This document shows, piece after piece, positions 22,576 to 34,010 of a stretch of DNA of 38,998 bases. Below the pieces are notes generated by a model. That model did no database searches. It saw nothing but the letters and a program-made list of their open reading frames with translations, and was not told where the DNA came from. The position numbers were made by a program, and so were the translations under genes. Position 1 is the stretch's first letter. Each line of letters begins with the position of its first letter. Origin of the DNA: Hydrurus foetidus (taxonomy: Eukaryota); assembly GCA_900617105.1 (NCBI GenBank), contig UYFQ01000274.1:1-38998 (forward strand). The letters are read 5' to 3'.

Positions 22576-23676
22576 CACGCCTTCGGCTTTCGATCTTGAC
22601 AAATGTCACAGAAGGGTCACGCACAATCGCCGCTGCGTTGAACAATTAAGGCATTCTCCTTCTCCAAGATTCATTCCAACTCTCGAATGCAATTTCTTCC
22701 AACGCAGCTTCTGGCAGGGAATCCCGGTATCTACTGCTGAATACGGTATAGTTGAATACTCCATTGCTTTCCCTCATGTCCTCAACTTGTTAGGTCTCTT
22801 CGCCATCTCCTGTCATCATCTCCACCATCCGAATGGTCTACTATTCTGATGACCAGTTCCGTGATTTCATTGCCATTTTCTTGCATTTCTTGGCCAACTC
22901 TTTTTGTTGTCTCTAGCCACCCGAAAGTTTTGTTTAGTTCCTCACATTTCTAATTGCTATCCAGTTAGATTTATTGTTAAATATTTTGATTATCTCTCTC
23001 GTATCATCATGTTCGGTCGTCCGAATGATGTACTATTTGATAATTCAGTTAGTCGTGTCCCTGCTGTTACTGTTGCATTTATCCCATACTGAATAGAGCA
23101 GAAGATAAACAAAAATAAGCTCAAATCGCCACAAAAATACCCTGTGTCATGCATGCATGATACAGTGATTACTAATTGAGTTCTGACAAAGTGATTTTTA
23201 AAATCAGAAGGAGAGGTCGAAAATCTTTCCATAAAGCCACCCATCTTATAGAGATCTGTAGGACTTCTCTATTATTAATGGGAAAAGTTGGCCCGTGAAA
23301 TATCGAATTCCTGTAAAATCCTTACCGTAACTCATGCGGTGAAGGATTTACCTTTACCGTGAATTGATGCCTAATTACTCTCGGTAAAGTAACGGATCGA
23401 ACAGATTCATGATGGGAAGGGATCCCGGACCCGGACCTGATGATCTGAGATCTGATCCCAGATCGATCTGTGCAGACTGGCAGACCCTCATGAACATCGA
23501 AAATCGAAACTATAATTGGATCAGCTGTCACAATCAATATCCTGGAGGCCACTTTCAGTAGACTTCCGCCTCCTTGTCAGGCTTATTCCGGAGACTACTC
23601 AGCTCTCATTATCGAATTCCTCAATGATAAAATGAAGAAAAAACGTCCAAGATAGTGTCGATTACAATACCAACTG

Positions 23677-26600
23677 ATGTCGTGTTTGAAGAAGTACAAA
23701 AAAGTTAAGTATCTAGGAAAGGGGTCGTATGGAGCTGCTATCCTTGTGGAGTTAAGATCAAATCCAGCCCAGAAATTTGTCATCAAGGAGATAGTCATTG
23801 GACATTTGAAGCTATCAGAGCAAAATGCTGCCAAAATGGAGGCGGAGGTTCTCCATCAGATGAGTCACAGCAACATCACAATGTATGTTGAGAGTTTTGT
23901 TGAAAATTCCAAGCTATACATTGTGATGGAACATGCTGACGGAGGTGATCTGACTGGAGCTATCTCAAAGAGGAGAAAGAGTGGAATTCGTTGGCCAGAA
24001 GATGAAGTAATGCGTATTTTTGTTCAGCTTTGCTTAGCACTGAAGCATGTTCACGAGGCAAACATTTTGCACAGGGATCTTAAATCTCAGAACGTATTTC
24101 TGACATCGAAAGGAATTGTTAAACTTGGTGATTTTGGAATTGCGAAAGTTCTGGATGCTTCTGAAGACCAGGCACGAACACAGATAGGAACTCCGTATTA
24201 TCTCTCTCCAGAGATTTGTGAGTCAAAGCCCTACGGGAGGAAGAGCGATGTCTGGAGTCTTGGAGTAATATTGTTTGAGTTGCTTACCCTTGAGATGCCT
24301 TTTCAAGCAACTTCACTACCAGCTCTGGTCCACCGTATTTGCACCACAGAGCCACCTTATGAGAAAGTACAGATGGAAGGCCATGGCCTTCTCGAAAGAT
24401 ACAGCGATGGCATGCTCACACTCGTGAAGAGTATGCTGCACAAGGATCCTGGCCAGAGACCGTTTCTGAAGCAGCTTGTGATGGTGGATATCATGAGGGT
24501 TCATATCAGCAAACTGCTGTCCTACACTATGAAAGTTGGTAACGGTGGGGTGGGTGACATTAGATCAAATGGAGGCGACGTGATTATTGACAGCGAAGAG
24601 GCTGACAGGAATATTGAGAGGGCTAGAGTGCAGGAGCGACTTACAGCTAAAGAGAGATACGAACAGGACGCAAGGACGAAGAAGGCTAATGACAGGGAAG
24701 CACATCGGATAGAAGAGAGAGAAAAACTGAAGAAATTTAGAATTGATATGGTGAAAAAAAAGGAGATTGATGGGTTAGGAGCAGATGATGAAGTTAAGGT
24801 GCCTCCTTCACTCTACGAAGCTGGAGCTGACACAATAGTGGTGTCTGGTGCAGCGAGACTGTCGCACTACCACTCCCCTAACTACCCTCCTCAGCGTCCG
24901 CCCCTATATGAGAACGTACGGCAGGAAAGAGACAGAGAAATAGAGAGGGAAAGGGATAGAGATAGTGAAAGAGACATGGAGAGGGAGAGGTGTAGGAACA
25001 GTCCTAATCACAACAACAGATACAATTCTGCCGAGAGAGGCGTCAGTGTGAGGGAGCGGAGGGACACCTTCGAGAGAGAAGCAGACATGCGCAAGGACAG
25101 GCTGAAGGCGGAGAAGATGATGGCAGAGAATAGCGAGAGACGAATAAGAGCACTATCACAGCCTGATGACGGTCGTGCCAGTCATGGCATTCAGGGCGGT
25201 CACTATAGACGGGGCAATAACTTGTCGGCCCCTTGCAGTGTAGTGGAGGCAAACATGCGCATGGCCCATGTCGTTCAAGTAGCTCAGAATCAAGCTGCTA
25301 TCTACCAGCACATGAGAGAGGAGAGGGGATCTCCTGACGGGTATGCGAAGGACAGGATGGACAGGATGAGGGGGGCAGTCGACATTCGGTCCCCAGGTCG
25401 CAATGGTCAGCAGCTGAACCCTTTTGGTCGGGGATATAAAGCGGAGTCGGGTGCACCTAGTCCCGGGTACCGCGATATGCCTGAAGAACGTAAGATTGGT
25501 CGTGGTCAAGGTGAGTATGAGAGTGCAGCGAGGAGAGAGTTCTTCGCTAACAAGGCAGCAGCTCTGGCTGTCAAGGCGCGTATCGACAGCAGCGATCAAA
25601 GGGGGAGGGAGTCAGGGGCTAACTTCGGTGCCATCAGTGTGCCTATGAACCAGAGACCCATGAACCGATCGCCAGTGGGAGCAGTGTCAAGCAGAGAGTA
25701 TGGAAGGGAGCTGAATGACCGGGATAGGAATGACAGGGCAGTGGCGATGGAGAACATGCAGGAGAAGGATAGAGAGCGGATGATGCAGCTCGAGAGGGAG
25801 AGGGAAATACAGGCAGCCGATGACCCAGTAGTGCGCATTGCACTGATCAAGGCGCAGAGGGAAAGGGAGAGGGAGAAGGTTGCAGCGGAGCAGGCGAGGC
25901 AGCTGCAGTTGGCTCACGAGGCTCAACGAGAGGAGAGGAGGAAGGTAGACGAAAGGAGGCGTGAAAGAGAGAAGCAAGAGCGAGAGGAGAGAAAAGAATA
26001 CGGGCGTGGCGAGGACGTTAAATCTGTCGAGCCATCAGCGCATCTCGCCTTTGATATTCCTCCTCGTCGCACAGTGCAGCGCCGTGCTAGTGCGAAGAGC
26101 AGTGAGGAAAGTAACGTCACGGAGATTGACAGCAAGTCACAGCCCGGTAGACAGCGCAAGGGCTGGGGCCCCCCTGCAGCTCTACCTCTGAGCATCTCCA
26201 CCATCACCAAGGGCAGTGGGGGATCTTCTGATAGCCCACAAGAGAGTCCCTCTTCATTCGGTAGGGGTATGTCCAACGACAGCAGCGAATCTCCCATGGA
26301 CGAGTCCAAGGTCCTGTTACGTCTGGAGCAGAGGAGAGACCAGCATCAAAAAGCTAGAGAGCAAGCAAGAGATGTGTTCCGCAAATTGAGGGAACAGAGG
26401 TTGAAGCAGGGTACAGCAGGGACGTTACCACTTGGATCTATTGTGGTGGTGAAGAAGAGGACGAAAGGGAGTGGAGACAGTACTGATGAGGGAGGTGGGA
26501 ACGATTCAGACAGCAGCATCGGAAAGCACAGAAATGCGATGAGACAAGAGAGATTGAAAGATGTTATCGGGCATGTGGCTCGTGCCGTTGAGTCGGTGGA

Positions 26601-27054
26601 TCAAGCGGTAGAGAAGGGAGTGGTGCTGCGCAACAGGAGAAGTGTCACTGAGCAGAAGGATGACGTCATCGTAGAGGAGACAAGGGAGATGGTGCAAGAA
26701 GAGGAGGAGCATGAGGATGAACTCACCAGCACAATTGACAAGTGGCTCAATAAGTGCTTAGGAAATGTAACAGCGCGTAGTGAGCGCAGACTCAATAGAG
26801 AGAAGGTAGCTGCTGGCAGGAGGAGATTGGGCTCACCTGGAGACGGAGGCAGTCCCCATGAGGTGGAGGAAGAGGAGGGGTGCGAAGGGAAGCTGAATGC
26901 GAGCATAACGAGACATGTGCCATTGAGGGATGACAGCAACCGCAGCACAGACGAAGTGCATGACGATGAAGTGACTGGTCTGCAGTACATGCTGGCCAAG
27001 GAGCTCATGTCTCTCAATGTCGAGGACGACACTAATGAGGAGAAGGAGCCATGA
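23677..27054 (+). CDS. NIMA-related Ser/Thr kinase (NEK1-like), 1125 aa, single exon
   Basis: N-terminal kinase domain with LGKGSYG, VIKEI, HRDLKSQNVFL, KLGDFGIAKVL, QIGTPYYLSPEICESKPYGRKSDVWSLG, a NEK signature. The long charged coiled-coil tail includes REFFANKAAALAVKAR, which resembles a conserved NEK1 tail segment (recalled, not aligned). Confidence 0.92.
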   Translation: MSCLKKYKKVKYLGKGSYGAAILVELRSNPAQKFVIKEIVIGHLKLSEQNAAKMEAEVLHQMSHSNITMYVESFVENSKLYIVMEHADGGDLTGAISKRRKSGIRWPEDEVMRIFVQLCLALKHVHEANILHRDLKSQNVFLTSKGIVKLGDFGIAKVLDASEDQARTQIGTPYYLSPEICESKPYGRKSDVWSLGVILFELLTLEMPFQATSLPALVHRICTTEPPYEKVQMEGHGLLERYSDGMLTLVKSMLHKDPGQRPFLKQLVMVDIMRVHISKLLSYTMKVGNGGVGDIRSNGGDVIIDSEEADRNIERARVQERLTAKERYEQDARTKKANDREAHRIEEREKLKKFRIDMVKKKEIDGLGADDEVKVPPSLYEAGADTIVVSGAARLSHYHSPNYPPQRPPLYENVRQERDREIERERDRDSERDMERERCRNSPNHNNRYNSAERGVSVRERRDTFEREADMRKDRLKAEKMMAENSERRIRALSQPDDGRASHGIQGGHYRRGNNLSAPCSVVEANMRMAHVVQVAQNQAAIYQHMREERGSPDGYAKDRMDRMRGAVDIRSPGRNGQQLNPFGRGYKAESGAPSPGYRDMPEERKIGRGQGEYESAARREFFANKAAALAVKARIDSSDQRGRESGANFGAISVPMNQRPMNRSPVGAVSSREYGRELNDRDRNDRAVAMENMQEKDRERMMQLEREREIQAADDPVVRIALIKAQREREREKVAAEQARQLQLAHEAQREERRKVDERRREREKQEREERKEYGRGEDVKSVEPSAHLAFDIPPRRTVQRRASAKSSEESNVTEIDSKSQPGRQRKGWGPPAALPLSISTITKGSGGSSDSPQESPSSFGRGMSNDSSESPMDESKVLLRLEQRRDQHQKAREQARDVFRKLREQRLKQGTAGTLPLGSIVVVKKRTKGSGDSTDEGGGNDSDSSIGKHRNAMRQERLKDVIGHVARAVESVDQAVEKGVVLRNRRSVTEQKDDVIVEETREMVQEEEEHEDELTSTIDKWLNKCLGNVTARSERRLNREKVAAGRRRLGSPGDGGSPHEVEEEEGCEGKLNASITRHVPLRDDSNRSTDEVHDDEVTGLQYMLAKELMSLNVEDDTNEEKEP

Positions 27055-28075
27055 CCAGTGCAGTCAGTGCGACAGGTCCCCCCGTCTCCACTGACTATCG
27101 CTCAGACACTCGCATCAGAGCAAAAACTACCGATACCGATAGCGATAGCGACAGCGACACCAATAGCGCAACGCACAAAGCAGCAATCCAAAGCAACCAA
27201 GCCTAAATCACGGGACTGTATTTTGATGTAGAGCGTAGCTGTAGAGCGATCAGTCGGTCGTCTGAGCGATGTCAACACTCTTCAGATAGAAGTCCTCATA
27301 TCGATCTATCTGCCGATGCACCTATTTATTCCAGTGCACACTCCTATCTGGATCTTTTTACCAGCACTGACTTTCATCGGCCATTGTCCATACTACCAAG
27401 AATTTCCCGTCATCGATCTGAACCTGCTTGCGTACGCATGTGCGGAGATCGCATACGTACTTACCAAAGTCTGCTCCATCTTCATGTTATATAATCACAA
27501 TGCGATTAGATACGTATCATGACACAAGGTCTTCATTCCTGCCCTCCCTTCATGTTCTGATCCATCACACCATACATATTAAACAGCTCGGACATAAAGA
27601 CATTCATTACTGATGTTCAGAAAGGTCATTATTGTATTTGATTAATTCTTTACAATTCGATAATTCGAGACGTCTCTCCAACTTTTGGCGAGCCGTGGGT
27701 TTCGAAGAGGTACGCAATTTGTGGATCTGGTTGTCTCGTCGCGCATAATGACATCTGTTGGGTACCGCCCACTTAAAATCAAAACATACGGTATCACATA
27801 CGGAGTGATTATTTATCGAACTAGTTCAATAATATATAGAAGATGAGTCGGAAAATTTGTGTCATTCTAAAATTCCCGCGGATGAATAACACTAATCAAT
27901 ATAGGCAGCTTTTTTGAGACGTCACCCAGCCGGCCACACTGTTCTCAAAAGCCGCATTGAAATGCCAGTTGGCGAGGCAAAGCAGACCATGTCAATTGGA
28001 ACACTGAAGGTCCCCAAAAAAACTTCCGGACAAAAACTTCAACATACAATACTTTCTATGCTAGGCTAGAATTCT

Positions 28076-28210
28076 GCAGCTCGACAATACAGTACATATA
28101 AAAGAGAAAACAAAATTTAGCCGGTCGCTCATTGACAGGCAGTAATGAGTCTTCGTCTCTAAAGACTTCTATGACGGGCTAAATTCTGCGCCTGACACAA
28201 GTCGAGCTGC
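28076..28210 (-). ncRNA. Predicted multi-branched RNA structure (cis-element in 3' UTR or small ncRNA)
   Basis: Nested inverted repeats: GCAGCTCGAC/GTCGAGCTGC (10 bp), AATTTAGCC.GTC/GAC.GGCTAAATT, plus two inner hairpins. Extra G-U pairs favour the minus strand. Confidence 0.4.
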
Positions 28211-28640
28211 TTATCGACTATCTTTTTGCGATCTGAAGGTAGGCTACGTGGGGCAAACAGGAGTGGGTCACATACTGCGCACCACAAGTAACAAGGGCGC
28301 AGCTATCAGCCACAACGTACCGAAGAACTTTTCTAGATGCAGTTCAATCGGGATACGTCACTGATGCAGGCCAAGCGGAGCTGTAAAAGAAGAATCTGAC
28401 TGAATAATTGTATGAACGAGTAAGGCAGGACACTAGAGTGGTAATCTACGTACGGATATGTGAAGTATATAATGATCTGCTGGACTGACGGACGGAAGGT
28501 TTCGATCGATTTTGTATGCTGTAGATATAATTGTCACTAGAATAATGGAAGGGGTATACTTTGTTTACGCCAATAAATATAGAGATAGATAAGGCGCTTC
28601 ACGGACTGCTGTGAGCCGGGTGGCCTGTCGCCACACTCCC

Positions 28641-31349
28641 CTACCAGGCCCCGCTCACTGAACCGAATGTCTGAGGCTCGAATTCAGGTGCATCCACGTC
28701 GAGCCTCATGTCTTCGAACAGAAAGAGTTCATCCCTGTCTGTTGTTCCGCTTGTTAAACTCGGAGGATCCCTGCTCTCAAGTAACGACTGCGACTCGTTG
28801 CGGGATGCTGCTCCCGATCCCGACCCCAGGAATCCCCAAGGGGAGTGGGACTGAGACTGGGAGGAGGATTGTTGGATGAAGTTCCCTTCGCTGTCGTCAT
28901 TGAGTGCATCTTGGATGTCTTTGTCGAAGCTTTGTTGGGATTGTTGCTGGAAGTATTGTTGTTGTTGCTGCAGCAGCAGATGTTGCTGCTGTAGTTGTAG
29001 TTGTTGTTTCTGTAATTGCTGCTGCTGCTGCTGACGCTGTTGTTGCTGTTGTAATTGCTGATGATGCTGGTCATATAAGAGAGGAAAGTCTCTTTGCTGA
29101 TCTGAGTTAGTCACTTGACTTCCGAGTGCGCTGCGCAGTGTTGGCATCTGGGAGTTGTAATATTGCTGTTCCCTCATCTGCTGTGAGTCAGAAGGAGCTG
29201 ATGCCTCTGGATTCATCAGCACTGACGCCCAAGCGGAGGGGGACGGTATAATAGACTCCTCTGAAGAACTTCTTTGGCCTGAAGAGTAGAGGCTGTTACT
29301 GTACTGCCCCTGCCCCTGTGGGCCATCGGGCATTTGCTGTTGGTACCGCATACCATTCTGGTCAACATGCGATGCGGCTAGCAATGCGGAAGTCGGCAAA
29401 CTTAAAGGGGGGAAGGCACCTGGACCGGATCCCTGAATCACATCTGGAGCAGGGGTGGCCAGCCAGGAAAATCCTAGTGAAGTGTTCGGGGTAGAGCACT
29501 GAGAAGAAGCGAGAGGTGACCGGGAGTGGACAGAGGACCCTCCTTCGTATTGATAAGATGAGGGCGACTGCGGGTTACATGCACCGCCAAGCGCAGCCAC
29601 ACCCACACGATTCATCAGTTGTTTGTTTAAGTACTCCATATCTGTCATGCCCCCAGGCATTTGAATCACAGGCTCTGAGTACGATCGAGGAGGCCTCTGC
29701 ACGATGCAAGAGGAATCTCGGTTTCCGTTGTACATCTCGTCGTTATTTTTGATTTGATTGAACATATCTGACTGCATACTCGCAATATGAAGCTGGTCTG
29801 TCAGAGATATTTCTGAGTCATCTGCCGCACCACTTCTCAGGGCTGTGGCATATGACGTGCCGCAGTTCCTGGGTGAGGACTGAAACATGTTCTTCTGCTG
29901 CATATAGGCAGAGTCACCTGTGCCGTTGTTATTGCCTCTGAAGGAACATGCGCCCATCGCACTAAGATCCTGATTAAGCCGTCCAAAAGGCAGCATTTTA
30001 GGACTTAGGTGGTGCAACATTGACGGGTTGCCGACCGAAGCGCTCCTGCGTATGTCCTGTCGTAGTTTAGCATTGGCGATTCCAATTGCAGACTCCAGTC
30101 CGTAAGATTTCCCGTCATTTGGTGGGCGCATTGAAGAGGAAGGCAGTCCAAGCGGCCGGAGGGGGGGACTGTTGCTAGGGGAGACAAGAGTTCCATTTGG
30201 AAGAATTCTAGATCTCGGTATCGCCCTTTTAACTTCGACCTGTGAGGTGGTGAAGAGAGAAGACAGTGAGTTACAAGTTAAGTTGAGTATGCTGTTCAGG
30301 AAGTGAGAATGACTTGAATCAGGGTTATGTAAAATATGCGATACTAACCACTTTCCCATCGATTAGATGCTCTCTTTCGGCACAAACTTGTTCTGCACCT
30401 TTCTCAAGTTCAAAAACGATGAACCCGAAACCTCGGCTTTTGTGAGTTTCGCGGTTGAACATTACTTCAGCACTTATCACTCTCCCAAAACGCTCGAAAT
30501 ACGCCCGAAACTCCGCTACAATCAAAGAGTATCAGCGTCATGAGTTAAGACTCTCAAGAAACATCAGAGAAAGAGATAGCTTATTTCGTTGATTACCATC
30601 TCTTGTGTCGTAGTGTAGTCCTCCGACAAATATCTTGTTGTACGCATACTCGTCCATTGAGATGTTAGGATCACACGCCTGTCTGCTCTCAGTCAGAATC
30701 TGACTGTTAGTAAGATTCATATTGTGAACCAGAGGTGGGCCGGCCATGCTCCCATTGACACCCCACCCGTTCCCAAGGGACCTCATGTTGGGGCTGTTCG
30801 TGAGGGATGATGAACCACCTCTGGGTGTGGTCGACTCCCTCGACACTTCAGACCTTGGTACTGCTCTTTTCGCTTCCACCTAATTGGTTTTTGTGTCGTG
30901 TCTTAGAAAAATCGCTAACTTCTCTAATCTTTTACGGAGCATGGTCAGAAGATACCTTCCTGGCATCAATTGTGTGGGGCTCGTGTGCGAGCGCATTATC
31001 AACTGCCTGAATATCCGTAAAAGTAATGAAACCAAAGCCTCTCGATCTTCTTGATACGGGGTCTTTCATGACAACTGCATCCTGAACAGTGCCGTACACC
31101 CCGAAGTATTTCCGCAACTTATCTGAAGATTGTTAGTTATTAGAGGTCATTGATTGAATTCTTACTTCTGAGGTAATTAATGCTGGTGTGTGGTATGGAA
31201 ATGTATAATCAGATCTTCGAACGGGGCGGCGGTCACAACATACCGTCGTCAGTTCCATAGCTGAGACCCCCGATGAAGATCTTTCGAAGAGCAATACTTG
31301 CAATGCTGTCGTAGTCTGGCCGACAGCGGTGATTGTCGTAATCACTCAT
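28641..31349 (-). CDS. Musashi/DAZAP1/hnRNP A/B-like RNA-binding protein, 2 RRMs + low-complexity polyQ tail + PAM2 motif (exons 31349-31244, 31122-30956, 30879-30597, 30515-30349, 30239-28641)
   Basis: RRM1 reads KIFIGGLSY...KDPVSRRSRGFGFITF...IDARKVEAKRAVPR. RRM2 reads KIFVGGLHY...KSRGFGFIVF...IDGKVVEVKRAIPR. Four GT-AG introns join the ORF fragments in phase. Confidence 0.9.
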
Positions 31350-33181
31350 ACCTCTGCGATGTTACAAGACCCTCTTACTGGTCGATCTACTTGATACTTC
31401 ACCAAATGTTTGGTACTCTGACCCACTGTGCTTCTTCTGCGATGAAAGCGTGACAAATAGAGAGGAGTTGTACTTGCGGGCTTGCGGAACAGAGAAGCCT
31501 TAGATTCACATGGAGGCCAGCGCAAGCTATCGCAGGTACTGGAGAGATATTTGAGAATTTGAATTCGTTTGGAGGTGAGGGTGCTTGAATCAAGGACACG
31601 TAGAGGGCAGAGAAGGTTATATTGCAAAGATATGTCTGAGAAAGTCAAGAAAATAGAATTCCCAGAATGTGACTGGACCCTGGATCAGATTCCGAAGTTT
31701 TGTGTGCGTACGTGTCCAAGTGACATGAAGTGCAAGGGGGGACTATGTCTTTAAATCGTACTTTATTCTTTATTTTTCGTTTTTCGAAGAAGAGATGATC
31801 GCGGGTTGCAAAATTTATTTAAAAGTTTCAAATTATTACATCCTACGTACGTCACACGTACGTCACTCAGATGATCTTCAAAAAGAGATATTCTTCGGGC
31901 CTGATGTCCGAGTCCGACAATTGTTAAAAATTATTTTACAGTTTAGAAAGCAATTCAGCAGTTCTAAGGGCGCTTTAACGTGTTCAGAGGCCCTGAATTA
32001 GTCGGGATAATTTCCTGCGACTGCTGGCGTCTCTTCTATTTTGCTCTGGGATCGCGCCTTTCGCGAAATTTTCCGAAAAGCAGCTATCCAGAAAGATATT
32101 TCTCGTTTCTGGACTGTTATGCAAATTGACAAGTAACCCATCTATTAAGGGTCACTGGCCTCTCTTCCCCAGGAGCTCAGCTCCTGATTTACTGTCGTCA
32201 TTGACATCTGGGATAGATCGTCTTCTCGTCGAGTAGAATTTTACTTCCGGCGGAAGTTTTCAACGTTCATTTTTTCGATTGTCGTGTATAGTACCGGCAT
32301 ACACTGTTGAGTATACGGGACTTCTTGTCATTTTTTCATAAATTCATATTTCAGTGAGTTTATCGAAATTTGACAAACTTCTTTTACCAATCGATTTGTG
32401 TGACTGTTAGGGTCATATTGAGGTATTGAAGTACTCAATTGGAGCCATATTGACGGAACTGCAAAACGTCAGTACCACAAAGATTCCCTTGTTCCTCCAT
32501 TTTGATAACGATCTCTTTCACGACACGCAATACTCGGCTGACGATCAATGTAGAATACATATCTAGTTCTTTGAATCTTCATCGACTTTTAGGTATTTTT
32601 ACTTTTTTGAAAATGTTTCAGTGTAAAACTTTCCCGTGATTTTAAGAGTAAATGTAAATTTGACCAATTTACGGATTTGGAAAATTTTGCATACGTCGGA
32701 AATTCAGAAATATTCGTCTGATCTCATCGAGCTATCACAATCTCTTATCCGATAATTATTCCACAAGTTACACCTATTGCAATCGGTCTATTCCGGGTTT
32801 AATCTCACATCATTTTCCACGACTGTAGTGAAAAAAAATCCATTTTCCGGTATCGATTGTAGTGATTATTTTACTTCGTTCGTTATAACACATGAATCCC
32901 GAAGTTCTCGCGACTTCAGAAGGTTAGAAAACAGTGCTTCTCGGAAATCGGCTAATTATCGATATTAGGTGGATTTCGTACCCTTCTTTCTACTTTCTTA
33001 CTGTATCCGTACCTAAACGAATTTCTCGATTTTCGACACGGTTTCTTTTTCTGTCGATTGTTATGAACATTACAATCATTTCGTACAATCTCATTAACGA
33101 ATTTTGTGATATTCCGGTGAAAATATTTTCCGTTATTTTCATAGGTGTTTTCCCTTGATATAGACTTATCACTTCGCCATA

Positions 33182-33646
33182 ATGGCTTCAATTTGTAAGG
33201 ACTGTGACCTTCGAGTCAAGGCATCAAATATGCTATTACACATGAAGAGACAGCACAAAACTCTGTCTTCTACCATTATCAATGCTGCTGAATCCACCCA
33301 TCGCACCCACACCAACATGTATGCACCAAACCGTTGGGTCGAATGTGACTCTTGTCACACCGCATCTGGTATGTACCGACACTTTCTTGGTGTTCGTGGT
33401 CTGAGAATACACGAGTCAAAACAGCATAGCCAACCCACTCCTCTACCTCCATCGAACGACTCTTTGCCACTCCCTCCCCTACCACCACAACTCCCTGCAG
33501 GTGCTAACACACCTGCAGCATCTGCCGTATGGCCTCGTTCAGCACCACTATCGTCACCACAGCCCGCTGCATGACACGCGAGCGCATCTGCTCACCGTAC
33601 CGCTTCTCCGCTGACTACTCCTGCCCCTGTGCCACCAAACTCCCCC
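33182..33646 (+). pseudogene. Two-C2H2-zinc-finger ORF, probably the N-terminus of a non-LTR retrotransposon protein (R2/CRE/NeSL-type), interrupted by an LTR element
   Basis: Zinc fingers CKDC...HMKRQH and CDSC...FLGVRGLRIHESKQH are followed by a Pro-rich linker. The linker continues in frame past TGA 33572 (HASASAHRTASPLTTPAPVPPNSP) until an abrupt switch at TGTA 33647. Confidence 0.5.
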
Positions 33647-33908
33647 TGTAGCCTTATTGCATTCCTAAGGGGATACAATGTGTCTAGGTTAACTAGGTAC
33701 AATAGGTATATTACGCCCAGATTCCACTTTTAGGTCTTAGTTCCACATATGACGTGAATGCACTTTAGCGTACACATCACTTGTAGATACTCAACTGTAA
33801 AATACTAACACAAGTTTACTCCACCTATCCTTGCTTCCCTTGCCCACCGCTTGCATCAACCGACCACCACTTTTAGCTCCAACGTCCTAGGCCCCGTCCA
33901 AGACCACA
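33647..33908 (+). repeat. Putative 5' LTR (~262 bp)
   Basis: Starts TGTAG at an abrupt compositional break and ends CCACA, about 100 bp upstream of the gag ATG. The second LTR is not in the window, so boundaries are inferred. Confidence 0.55.
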
Positions 33909-34010
33909 ATATCGATATTTGGTCGATACCAAAGTTTTTTCGTCGAGAGAAGTTCGTTTCTCCGCTCCATCAATTTTAAATCCATCACGTAATTCCGACA
34001 GTTGAAGACA

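Noticed and set aside
28111..28120. Sm-site-like AAUUUUG suggesting an snRNA
   Set aside because: The motif is buried in a predicted helix, and no U1/U2/U4/U5 signature sequences are present.
31700..33180. AT-rich stretch with short palindromes (TTTCGCGAAA, ACTTCCG-G-CGGAAGT) and short ORFs
   Set aside because: I found no terminal repeats or coding signal. It may be promoter plus retroelement 5' UTR, but this cannot be supported from the sequence.
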